Of a stretch of DNA of 64,000 nt, positions 8,814 to 18,075 are shown in pieces. A program made the translations under genes and the position numbers. This DNA comes from an uncultured delta proteobacterium (lineage in GTDB: Bacteria > Desulfobacterota > Syntrophia > Syntrophales > UBA5619), in assembly GCA_963817385.1 (NCBI GenBank), contig CAWFOM010000001.1:192001-256000 (forward strand), written 5' to 3'. Every line of letters starts with the position of its first letter. Positions within the stretch are counted from its first letter, which is position 1. Under the pieces are notes generated by a model. It was not told where the DNA came from. It saw only the letters and a list, made by a program, of their open reading frames with translations, and made no database searches.

Positions 8814-11800
8814 ATGGACTATATCGCCGATCTGCACACCCACTCCCCCTATTCCCGGGCCACCAGCCCCGAGGGAACCCTGAGCGGTCTGGCCGGCTGG
8901 GCGCGGGTCAAGGGAATCCAGGTGATCGGCACCGGCGACTTCACCCATCCCGGCTGGTTTCGGTGCCTCAGGGAGGAGTTGGTGCCGGCCGAACCGGGGC
9001 TGTTCCGGCTGAAGGACGAGGGGGCGATCTGCTCGCCGCTGGCGGGGGTAGCGCCGGCGCCGACCCCGGTGCGGTTTCTGCTCTCGGCCGAGATCAGCAG
9101 CATCTACAAGCGTCACGGCGCGGTGCGCAAAGTCCACAACCTGCTGTACGTGCCCGATTTCGCCTCCGTCGAGCGGCTAAACGCCACCCTGGCGGGTATC
9201 GGCAACATCGAGTCCGACGGCCGCCCGATCCTGGGGCTGGACAGCCGCGATCTGCTGGAGATCATGCTGGAGCAGGCGCCGGACGGTTTCCTGGTGCCGG
9301 CCCACATCTGGACCCCCTGGTTCTCCCTGTTCGGCTCCAGGTCCGGCTTCGACAGCATCGAGGCGTGTTTCGGCGACCTGACGCCCCACGTCTTTGCCCT
9401 GGAGACAGGCCTCTCCTCCGATCCGGACATGAACCGGCTGGTCTCCGGCCTGGACCGTTTCGCCCTGATCTCCAACTCCGACTGCCACTCCCCGGCCAAG
9501 CTTGGACGCGAGGCCAACCTCTTTTCCACGGACCTGGATTTCTTCGCCCTCAAGGAGGCCATCCGCGGCAATCGACGCGATGCCTTCCGGGCAACGGTGG
9601 AATTCTTTCCCGAGGAGGGGAAGTACCACGCCGACGGCCACCGCGCCTGCCGTGTCTGCCTCGACCCCCTGGAGACGCGCAGGCTGGGGCTCGCCTGCCC
9701 GGTCTGCGGCAAGCCGCTGACCGTGGGGGTCTGCCACCGGGTGATGGAGCTGGCCGACCGGGAGAAGCCGCTCTACCGGGAGGACTCGCCCCGGGTCTTC
9801 AGCCTGATACCGCTTCCCGAGGTGCTGGGAGAGATCCTGGGGACGGGACCCGCCTCCAAAAAGGTGACGGAACAGTACGGCCGCACCATCGCCCGGTTCG
9901 GCTCGGAATTCGGCCTGCTCCTCCACACTCCGCCGGACGAGATCCGTCAGGCGTCCGAGATTCTGGGGGAGGCGGTGGAGCGCATGCGCAGCGGCCGGGT
10001 CATCCGCAAGCCCGGTTACGACGGCGAGTACGGCGTGATCCGGGTCTTCGAGGAAGGAGAACTGGCGCGGCTGGCGGGCCAGGGGAGTCTGTTTGGTGAC
10101 GGGCGGCTGGTGCGGCGCGCCCAAAAGAAACAGACCGGGGCCCTGGCATTGCCGGCTTTGGCGGATGACAGAGACAGGATGCCTGATTCCCCGGGAAAAA
10201 CCAACGAGCCCAACCCGGAGCAGGCGGCCGCCATCACCTCCGGCAGCCGCCATATCCTGGTGACCGCCGGTCCCGGGACCGGCAAGACCCACACCCTGAC
10301 GCAGCGGCTGGCGGCCCTCCTGGCAGCAGGCCACGACCCAGGGCGGATGACGGCCATCACCTTCACCGTCAAGGCGGCAGACGAGGTGCGTGAACGGCTG
10401 CTGAATGCGGCCGGACCGGCCGGTGAGCAGGTATTCGTGGGCACCTTTCACCAGTTTTGTCTCGACTGGCTGCGCCGCGCCGCACCCGCCCTCGCGGTGG
10501 TCGGCCCGGACAGCCGCGAGCGTCTCCTCAAGCGCCTCTTTCCGGGGTTGGGCGCAACGGAGCGCAACCACCTCGCCGAGGAGCTCGCCGATCATTTTCG
10601 CCGTCCCGCCCAAGAGGCGGCCGGCGACATCCAACGCTATCTGGACGAACTGCAGCGGCTGGAGGCCATCGATCTGGATGCCGTCATCCCGGAATTTGTC
10701 CGGCGGCTCGAGGCGGATGCCGCTCTCAGGCGGCAGGTCTTGGGCTCCCTGGAGCACCTTTTCGTGGACGAATTCCAGGACCTCAACGTTAGCCAGTTCG
10801 AACTCGTGCGGATCCTGGCTGAGGCTGCCCAAGTCTTTGCCATCGGCGATCCGGACCAGGCCATCTACGGCTTTCGGGGGAGCGACCCCGAGTTTTTCTT
10901 TCGCTTTGCCGAGATGCCCGGCGTGGAGCAGGTGTTCCTGACCCGCAACTACCGCTGCCCCTCCGCGATCATCGCGGCAGCCACGGCGCTCATCAATCAT
11001 AATAGTCGGCATAACAGCCGGCATAACAGCGGGCCGAGCGGTCTGCCGTTCGTTGCCGAATCCGGCCGGCAGGGCGCCATCGAACTGTACAGCGCACCGT
11101 CACAAGCGGCCGAGGCCGAATTCATCGTGCGCCGCATCGAGGAGCTGATGGGCGGGATCGAACATTTTTCCCTCGCTTCCGGCCGGGGCGGCGACGGCGA
11201 GACGGGGCGCGGACTGAGTTTCGGGGACATGGCCGTGCTCTTCAGGCTCGGCAGGCAGGCCGAAGAGATCGCCGCCGCCCTGGAGCGGCGCGGCATCCCC
11301 TGTCAACAGGTGGGAGGCGTGCCGTTTTACCTGGCTCCGGAGGTGCGGCCCGCCTATTATTTCGTACAGGCCGCTGCCGGTTCGGAGGTGATCGCCGACT
11401 GGCTCCGGCTTGCCGGCGGCCTGCCGGGGATCGGGAATGCCAGCATCGAACGGATGGAGGCGTCGCTCCCCCTGACGGGTGATTTCTGGGCCTGCCGCGC
11501 CCTCCCCGGGCTGTCGCAGGCAGTGCGGCGGATACTGACGGAGCTTGACCAGGCGCTTAAGCACTTTCGGGAAACCGCCGCCCGCAACGGCCTGGCTTCT
11601 GCCTTGGCCGAGATGCTGCCGTTTCTCGACGTCGGTCCGGAACTGGCCGGCGCCAAACGGCTGCTGGAGCTGGCCGGCAGTTTCGGTGGCGACCTGGCGG
11701 CCTTCGGCAGCCATCTGCGCCGCTACGCCAATGCCGCGGTCTATGACGAGCGCGCCGAGGCCGTGGCCCTGATGACCCTGCATGCCGCCAAGGGACTGGA

Positions 11801-12089
11801 GTTTCCGGTGGTCTTTCTGGCCGGCGCGGAAGAGGGGCTCCTTCCTTGTTCGCTCTGGAACGATGTGAATCTGGAAGAGGAGCGGCGGCTCTTTTACGTC
11901 GGCCTCACCCGCGCCAGGGAGCGGGTGCTCCTGACCGCTTCCGAGAACCGTCCCTGGGCCGGTCCTTCACCCCGCCGGCTTTCGCCCTTTATTGGCGAGA
12001 TACCGGCGCGACTGCTGTCGGCTGCCGCTGCCACTCCGTTCAGAAAGGCGAAAGGACGGAAGGGATCGGAGCAGATGGAGCTGTTTTAG
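8814..12089 (+). CDS. Endonuclease Q-like PHP domain fused to UvrD/REP helicase
   Basis: ADLHTHSPYSRATS, SNSDCHS, CxxC..CPxCG zinc finger, PGYDGEYG; then AGPGTGKT, VDEFQD, GDPDQAIYGFRG, TLHAAKGLEF, EERRLFYVGLTRA. Confidence 0.93.
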   Translation: MDYIADLHTHSPYSRATSPEGTLSGLAGWARVKGIQVIGTGDFTHPGWFRCLREELVPAEPGLFRLKDEGAICSPLAGVAPAPTPVRFLLSAEISSIYKRHGAVRKVHNLLYVPDFASVERLNATLAGIGNIESDGRPILGLDSRDLLEIMLEQAPDGFLVPAHIWTPWFSLFGSRSGFDSIEACFGDLTPHVFALETGLSSDPDMNRLVSGLDRFALISNSDCHSPAKLGREANLFSTDLDFFALKEAIRGNRRDAFRATVEFFPEEGKYHADGHRACRVCLDPLETRRLGLACPVCGKPLTVGVCHRVMELADREKPLYREDSPRVFSLIPLPEVLGEILGTGPASKKVTEQYGRTIARFGSEFGLLLHTPPDEIRQASEILGEAVERMRSGRVIRKPGYDGEYGVIRVFEEGELARLAGQGSLFGDGRLVRRAQKKQTGALALPALADDRDRMPDSPGKTNEPNPEQAAAITSGSRHILVTAGPGTGKTHTLTQRLAALLAAGHDPGRMTAITFTVKAADEVRERLLNAAGPAGEQVFVGTFHQFCLDWLRRAAPALAVVGPDSRERLLKRLFPGLGATERNHLAEELADHFRRPAQEAAGDIQRYLDELQRLEAIDLDAVIPEFVRRLEADAALRRQVLGSLEHLFVDEFQDLNVSQFELVRILAEAAQVFAIGDPDQAIYGFRGSDPEFFFRFAEMPGVEQVFLTRNYRCPSAIIAAATALINHNSRHNSRHNSGPSGLPFVAESGRQGAIELYSAPSQAAEAEFIVRRIEELMGGIEHFSLASGRGGDGETGRGLSFGDMAVLFRLGRQAEEIAAALERRGIPCQQVGGVPFYLAPEVRPAYYFVQAAAGSEVIADWLRLAGGLPGIGNASIERMEASLPLTGDFWACRALPGLSQAVRRILTELDQALKHFRETAARNGLASALAEMLPFLDVGPELAGAKRLLELAGSFGGDLAAFGSHLRRYANAAVYDERAEAVALMTLHAAKGLEFPVVFLAGAEEGLLPCSLWNDVNLEEERRLFYVGLTRARERVLLTASENRPWAGPSPRRLSPFIGEIPARLLSAAAATPFRKAKGRKGSEQMELF
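10998..11033 (+). repeat. In-frame 3 x 12 bp tandem repeat (HNSR-HNSR-HNSG)
   Basis: CATAATAGTCGG CATAACAGCCGG CATAACAGCGGG. Confidence 0.8.
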
Positions 12090-12214
12090 TTGCATGCCGG
12101 GGAAACGTTTACACCAATATGTGTAAACTTCAAGACTCGGGACGAGCCTGATCGCATCGAAGGTTCCATGTGGGTTGAGCTGGAGCGCGTCAGTACGTCC
12201 GGTGGATGCGGTTA

Positions 12215-12550
12215 TTACGCAATGATTTCATTCAGCCCTTCGATCACTTGAGTCAACTCTGTCGGAGATGCTTTGCCAATAACCTTTCCGATTCTCTTTA
12301 TGGACAGTGTTCGGATTTGGCTGATCTTGATCCATGATTTCTTCGGCAAATTGGCAGATTTCAATTCAAGAGTCAGTGGAAACCCGGCCTTTTGTAGCTG
12401 ACTGGTAATGGCCACCGCTATGACTGTACCTGAACGTTCATTAAATATATCGTGACTCAAGATCATAACAGGACGCAATCCCGCCTGTTCATGGCCTCGT
12501 ACGGGGTTCAAGTCGGCCCATCGAATCTCGCCTCTTAGTATTCCGGCCAT
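12215..12550 (-). CDS. PemK/MazF family toxin
   Basis: RGEIRWADLNPVRGHEQAGLRPV and SQIRTLS motifs. Confidence 0.93.
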   Translation of the reverse strand: MAGILRGEIRWADLNPVRGHEQAGLRPVMILSHDIFNERSGTVIAVAITSQLQKAGFPLTLELKSANLPKKSWIKISQIRTLSIKRIGKVIGKASPTELTQVIEGLNEIIA

Positions 12551-12777
12551 TGACTCACATCCTCAGCTAATCCTTCTTCCGCCATAGCTTTTTCAAATGC
12601 AGGATCGAGTTTGGCGCATTCCATCGATAATCGGTTGCGCTTCATTCGGGCGAGTTTTTCACCTACAGCATCCTGGATCGCCTGGCTACGATTTTGAAAA
12701 TAATGTTCTCCGATTAGCCTGTCTAATTCACCGATAAATTCTTCGTCCAATGTAATCGCAATCTTTGCCTTACCCAT
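12535..12777 (-). CDS. CopG/RHH antitoxin
   Basis: KIAITLDE...NRSQAIQDAV; acidic tail; overlaps toxin start. Confidence 0.88.
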   Translation of the reverse strand: MGKAKIAITLDEEFIGELDRLIGEHYFQNRSQAIQDAVGEKLARMKRNRLSMECAKLDPAFEKAMAEEGLAEDVSQWPEY

Positions 12778-12791
12778 ATGCAGCCTCCTTT

Positions 12792-12833
12792 TTCTGGTAT
12801 TACATTATATCATACCAGAATCAAGGCAATCAA
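12792..12833 (-). promoter_or_regulatory. TA promoter with operator inverted repeat
   Basis: TTCTGGTAT-N11-ATACCAGAA brackets an extended -10 TGaTATAAT. Confidence 0.75.
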
Positions 12834-12853
12834 TTTTTCTTTTTATACTTTTG

Positions 12854-12925
12854 GCGTAACGCCACAGCTCAGTCGCGCGAAAAGCGCGCAGCGATTTTTG
12901 CGTCGGCTGGAACTGATTGATAGCT
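12854..12925 (-). repeat. attC site
   Basis: AGCTATC...GTTACGC cores; CAGCCG/CGACTG stem. Confidence 0.8.
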
Positions 12926-13478
12926 TTATATTTTTGTGGCATTAAATCGTGCTTCTGCCTCTTGAAACAGAGATTTGACCTTATCTATATCCCATGGCCG
13001 TTCGATTAATGTCTCGTGATCCCATTCGCTTCTCGGTTCATCCGGCTCAAAAAAGTCACCGCCATAAACATGTATTGCACACGTCATTTTGCCAATTGGA
13101 TTATATACAGAATGGATAATGTCGCGACCGAGTGTAGTTACGTCGCCGACTCCTAGAGATTTGGCTCCTGCTGCCTCAATGGTCGTTTCTGTTCGTCGCC
13201 AAAAAATGTTGTCTTCTCTGCCAGAATATATACCGACAACTGCAAACATCTGGTGATTGTGTGGCATGAGAATCATGTACGGTGCCCAGACGTGGTGCAT
13301 GATGGTTTAGATCAGGCGATCTATATATTGGTGTAATACCTGCATGTTCCGGCACACCAAGCACAGACATCACCCCCATGCTATCGGAAACCGCTTCTGC
13401 CACAAGTTCGCGGATTGCCCCCTGACCCTCAGCGAGTGAATTCATACAGTCTTGGATAAAACGATCCTTATCGAACAT
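12926..13478 (-). CDS. Cysteine dioxygenase-like cupin (frameshift near 13305), cassette
   Basis: MFDKDRFIQDC start; PHNH, IIHSV and AIHVYGGDF motifs across two frames. Confidence 0.8.
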
Positions 13479-13509
13479 GATTATATGCTCCTCCTCTCTT
13501 GGTTTATGG

Positions 13510-13572
13510 AGCAAACGTGGAGCGCAGGGATTGCGCGCTTTTGCGCAGTCCCGCTTGACCGCAATGTTAGCC
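13510..13572 (-). repeat. attC site
   Basis: GGCTAAC...GTTTGCT cores; GGGACTGCGC/GCGCAATCCC stem. Confidence 0.85.
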
Positions 13573-13573
13573 A

Positions 13574-14182
13574 TCATTGCATTGGCTGCCTAATGATGGT
13601 TTTCCATTTCGATGGGTCAGCTTTCCGAATATCACTCAAGTAAACTTCGTGATGTTTCCCAGTCCGTTTGCTCTTAGAGTCAATGAACTGATGCACCTTC
13701 TCAATCGTCGGCCCTTCTTCGGAGAATGGGCCAATATGCAGAATTTGTGCGCACCTGCCTTCAGAAAAGGCCTCCAAGCGTAGTTTGGAAATAGCTGGTG
13801 TATTCTTTTTCTTTTTTACATCGGCAATCGCACTGTCGATGATTTCCGGTGTGACAAAGGAGGGCTGCATAACCATCATTGTCCATTTCCAGTTGGACTT
13901 GTCAGTGGTTGTAAACCTCGACATATCGTCAGCCCACCATAGACCTTCCAAGGGCATGACCCCATAGTCAACTGCCGACGCCCCCTTTTTGACCATGAAC
14001 TTGATGGCATACGAAACGGTGAACAAGGCTTCAACGGCATCGGAATATGCCTGCGAGGTGTTGGGATCGCCCTCACCGTCCACCATCAAGTAGTTCATCG
14101 TTGGGACATCAACCTGAACAACCTCTTTGGCCGAAGGTTGATACAGATGCTTCAATTCCTTTTTGAGATCAACTTTCTCCAT
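13574..14182 (-). CDS. GyrI-like small-molecule binding protein, cassette
   Basis: KVDLKKELKHLY, PLEGLWW, HHEVYLSD and KTIIRQP motifs. Confidence 0.9.
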   Translation of the reverse strand: MEKVDLKKELKHLYQPSAKEVVQVDVPTMNYLMVDGEGDPNTSQAYSDAVEALFTVSYAIKFMVKKGASAVDYGVMPLEGLWWADDMSRFTTTDKSNWKWTMMVMQPSFVTPEIIDSAIADVKKKKNTPAISKLRLEAFSEGRCAQILHIGPFSEEGPTIEKVHQFIDSKSKRTGKHHEVYLSDIRKADPSKWKTIIRQPMQ

Positions 14183-14198
14183 GGATACTCCCGATGCT

Positions 14199-14271
14199 GG
14201 CTAACGCTCAGGCTGAGCTGCGGGGCCCCATGATCGCCCGCAGGGCAGCCGTCAGCTCCAGCCTGTTAGAC
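14199..14271 (-). repeat. attC site
   Basis: GTCTAAC...GTTAGCC cores; AGGCTGGAGCTG/CAGCTCAGCCT stem. Confidence 0.92.
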
Positions 14272-14279
14272 CGCATCTG

Positions 14280-14753
14280 TCATAATGGTTTAATAACCAT
14301 TATAAATACGTTGATCATTGGTAATACTGTGGCCAAAATCCCAAATGCGATCCAGATCCGACCAAGGCGCCAATATGATCCCGGAATAGTCCCGCTGGCA
14401 CCGAATTCCCGCGCCATGCGGGCCTGCTTTATCTGGATTGGAATCAAGACCGCAACCCAAATGATGCCGGATGCAATAAACAAATACATGCCCCATGCCG
14501 TCCACTGAACTTGCCAATAATCGATTTGATGGAGAACGGCATTGCCAATACCCGTAGCGAGAATTGCGATTGCTCCGCCTGCCGTGAATATGAAATCCGT
14601 CAATGTCACCTGGCGTTGGGCGAAAGCAACCGTCCCTGGGTTCCGGGTTTTATCGGCCATCACCTTCCACCACCCAGTCACAATGATGTTCCCGAGGAAC
14701 ACACTTGCGGCCAAGACATGCAGACTCTTCAGTATCAGGTATGTATCGTACAT
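14280..14753 (-). CDS. DUF2269-like membrane protein, first cassette of array 2
   Basis: YLILKSLHVL..GN, DFIFT and MVIKP motifs. Confidence 0.85.
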   Translation of the reverse strand: MYDTYLILKSLHVLAASVFLGNIIVTGWWKVMADKTRNPGTVAFAQRQVTLTDFIFTAGGAIAILATGIGNAVLHQIDYWQVQWTAWGMYLFIASGIIWVAVLIPIQIKQARMAREFGASGTIPGSYWRLGRIWIAFGILATVLPMINVFIMVIKPL

Positions 14754-14789
14754 TCCCCTTTCCTCATTGCCTTTATATATTCATTGACG

Positions 14790-14825
14790 GTCTAACGTCG
14801 TATATGGTTTCCCGATAACAACACC
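14790..14825 (-). promoter_or_regulatory. attI site 2
   Basis: TTATCGGGAAACCATATACGAC-G|TTAGAC; shares ATATAC-N3-GTTA with attI site 1. Confidence 0.75.
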
Positions 14826-14837
14826 CTCACCATTTGC

Positions 14838-14954
14838 GAGTTTCGGTTTCGGGCGATCCGGAACACCGGCAGATAGGGAGCTGACGGTCCTCCCTGGCGG
14901 GCGACTGTTCCGATTGGATCTCACTATCCTGAGTGGCGCTTTCGTCCCGGTCAT
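14838..14954 (-). pseudogene. intI: Integron integrase N-terminal stub (39 codons)
   Basis: MTGTKAPLRI...PDRPKPKL; paralogous to the start of the 6550 remnant; ends at the PKL(LD)-like motif that opens IntI N-domains. Confidence 0.7.
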
Positions 14955-14986
14955 TCCACGGCCCCCGAATTGGTGAAGCGTGCGGA

Positions 14987-15075
14987 AAGAAACCTGCGAA
15001 CCCGTGACGGCGGGATGCCGTCAACCGAAAAGCGCTTTCAATTAACCACCGCCACCTTCAATTGTCAATGATTTT
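14987..15075 (-). promoter_or_regulatory. Conserved intI leader copy 2 (TTGACA box plus hairpin)
   Basis: Direct repeat of 6585-6672; TGACGGC/GCCGTCA stem. Confidence 0.7.
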
Positions 15076-15226
15076 CATAGGTCCTGCCGACCGGGGCTTT
15101 TCGTTTGACTCGGGACGGCCATTCCGCTATAGCCTATACGTATCCACTGCACCGATACGCGAACCGGGGAACGGATCTCGGAGAAGCCCCGGCTTCTTTT
15201 CCCGAGCGCTTACGGAGGCATAGATC

Positions 15227-15845
15227 ATGAATCACCAATTCGCGAAACCTGGAAACGATTATTTCCGACCGCGTCGTCGGGTGCGTACCTCTTTCCCGAA
15301 TTTGAGGAGCGGGCGAAGACCGTCTCCGCCGAGGTGTTCCGCTGCACCACGGCCACGGACGCTCGGGAGGCCCTCATCCGGCTTGTCGAGCCCGCCCGGG
15401 TAAAGAAGGCGGTCGTCGTCGAGAGCCCCCTCCAGATGGCGGCGGGCGTCACGGAGGCTCTCCGCACCGTGGGTGTGAGCTGTCTTACACGAAGCCGGAA
15501 GAGATCGCCGCGCACGCGGACACCGCCGACATCGGGATCTCGGGCGTCGAGTTCGGGATCGCCGAGACGGGGAGCGTGTTCCAGGAGGGCACCGCGATCG
15601 CGACCCGCCTGGTCACGATCCTCCCGCCGCTCCATGTCGTCTTTCTCCCCAGCGCGAACATCGTCCCCGGAATCACGGAGGCCTTCGAGATCATCGCCCA
15701 AAACTTCGACCGCGGCTATATCGGCTTCATCACCGGCCCCAGCCGGACCGCCGACATCGAGCGGGTGCTGACCATCGGCGTCCACGGGCCGAGCCGGTTC
15801 GCCATCATCGCCATCGATGAGGAGCCGACGGGAGGTGACGCCTGA
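15227..15845 (+). CDS. lutC: LutC/LUD-domain protein (frameshifted)
   Basis: GIAETGS and FITGPSRTADIERVLTIGVHGP motifs; at least two frame breaks. Confidence 0.85.
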
Positions 15846-18015
15846 TGGAAACCGATGCGAGAAACCTCCGGGAAGAGATATCAGAAAAGCTGAAGGATGA
15901 GACCCTCCGCGGCGCCCTGGGGCGTTTCGCCGAGGTCTACCCCGAGGCCCGGGCCACGGCGTACGCGAACGCGGGCGACATCGAGACCCTCCGCGAGGCA
16001 GTGAAACGGATGAAGATCGACACCGTCGAGCAGATCGAGGCGGTGGCCGACCGCTTCGAGACGGAGGCGATGAAGCGCGGGGTGAAGGTATTCCGGGCGA
16101 AGGACGGCGACGACCTCAAGGCATACCTCGTCAACCTCTGCAAGGAAAAAGGGGTGAAGAGGATCGTCAAATCGAAGTCGATGGCCTCGGAGGAGGTCCA
16201 CCTGAACCCCCACCTCGAGGCCGCCGGGATCACCGTCACCGAGACGGACCTGGGCGAGTGGATCGTCGCCCTGGCCCACCAGAGGCCCTCCCACATGGTC
16301 ATACCCGCCATCCATCTGAACCGCTTCCAGGTGGCCGAGTACTTCTCGAAGGAGCTCAAGGAGGAGATCCCGCCCGACATCGCCATGATGGTCCAGGCGG
16401 CGCGCAAGGAGCTCCGGGAGAAGTTTCTCCGGGCGGACATGGGGATCTCCGGCGCCAACTTCGGGATCGCCGAAAACGGGGCCATCGGCTTGGTCACGAA
16501 TGAGGGGAACGCCCGGATGGTGACCACCCTCCCACGGATCCACGTGGTGATCATGGGCTACGAGAAGCTGATCCCCACGATCAGGGACGCGGCGACGATC
16601 CTCAAGGTCCTCCCCCGGAGCGCCACCTGCCAGCTCATGACGAGCTACACGACGATGATCTCCGGCCCCACGCCGGTCATGGTGAAGAAGGACGGGAAGT
16701 GGGTCGAGGAGGAAAAGGAGATGCACATCATCCTCCTCGACAACGGCCGGCTCCGGGCTGCGCATGACGACAAGTTCAAGGAGGTCTTCCAGTGCGTCCG
16801 CTGCGCCTCCTGCCTGAACGTCTGCCCGGTCTACACGCTGATCGGCGGGCACGTCTACGGCCACATCTACGCGGGCGGGATCGGGGCGATCCTCACCGCC
16901 TTCCTCCACGGGATGGGGGAGTTCGAGAAGTTCCACGAGCTCTGCATCGGCTGCCGCCGCTGCACGACGGTCTGTCCCGGGAAGATCGACATCCCCGGCC
17001 TCATCGAGGAGCTCCGCATCCGGAACGTGAAGGAGAAGGGGCTCCCCTTCGTCATCCGGCAGGTCTTCGAGAACGTGATCGCCAACCGGAAGCTCTTCCA
17101 TTCGCTCCTGCGGCTCGCCGCGGTCGGCCAGAAGCCCTTCCAGGAAGGAAGGCTGATCCGCCACCTGCCGCTTTTCCTGGCGGGACTGGCGAAGGACCGG
17201 AGCCTTCCGGCGATCGCCGAGCCGAGCCGCTCCGCGACCGGATCGGGCGGATCACGAAAAAGATCGCCAAGCCGGATAAACGGGTTGCGTTCTTCGGCGG
17301 CTGCACGATCGATTTCGTCTTCCCCGAGACGGGGGAGTCGGTCTTCACGGTACTCCAGGATCTGAACATGGAGGTGCTCTTCCCCGAGGGGCAGGGCTGC
17401 TGCGGAAAGCCCGTGATCGCGATGGGTGACGTGGAGACGACGAAGAAGATCGCCATCGACAACATCAAGGCGCTGGAGGAGATGAATCCCGACGTGATCA
17501 TCGCCGCCTGCCCCACCTGCACCGAGTCTCTCGGGCATTACGCGGAGCTCCTGAAGGAGGACCCGGAGTGGGGGCCGAAGGCCGAGGCGATGGCGAAGAA
17601 GGTCCGGGAGTTCTGCAGCTTCGTCGCCGAGGAGTACGCGAAGCGCGGCCGGCTGACGAAGGCCGCGGGGGGGCCGAAGGTGACCTACCACGACTCCTGC
17701 CACATGAAGCGGGTCCTGATGATCGACAAGGAGCCCCGGCAGCTCCTGGAGGCCGCCGGCTGCGAGCTCGTCGAGATGAAGGACGCGGACAAGTGCTGCG
17801 GGATGTCGGGGCTCTTCGGGGTGAAGTACGCCGAGCTCTCGATGCCGATCCTGGAGCAGAAGATCGCAAACATCAAGGAGACGGGCGCGGCGATCGCCGC
17901 CTGCGCCTGCTCCGGCTGCATGGTCCAGATCCAGGGCGGCCTCGACAAACAGCTCCCCGGCGTGAAGATGAAGCACGTCGCGGACATCCTCGCGGAGAAG
18001 ATAAGGAAGCAATGA
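15845..18015 (+). CDS. lutB: LutB-type Fe-S protein fused to C-terminal CCG (LutA-like) domains; frameshift near 17220
   Basis: KSKSM, ETDLGEWI, CVRCASCLNVCPVY and CIGCRRCTTVCP; then CCGKP, YHDSCH, CCG and CSGC in a second frame. Confidence 0.88.
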
Positions 18016-18075
18016 AATCGGGGGAGAGGGGCGACGCCCCCATCCTCAGGACGCGACAGGTTACCGCCGGAAGGG

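Larger units (their letters stand above)
12160..14796 (-). mobile_element. Integron cassette array 2 (4 cassettes)
   Basis: attI core GTTAGAC (14796-14790) complements first attC R'' GTCTAAC; three clear attC sites plus an eroded terminal one. Confidence 0.9.

Noticed and set aside
1..15000. CRISPR array
   Set aside because: The repeats are variable palindromes separated by whole genes (attC), not identical repeats with short spacers; no cas genes
17210..17235. Programmed frameshift or phase variation in lutB
   Set aside because: Cannot be distinguished from the many other indels; no slippery heptamer seen
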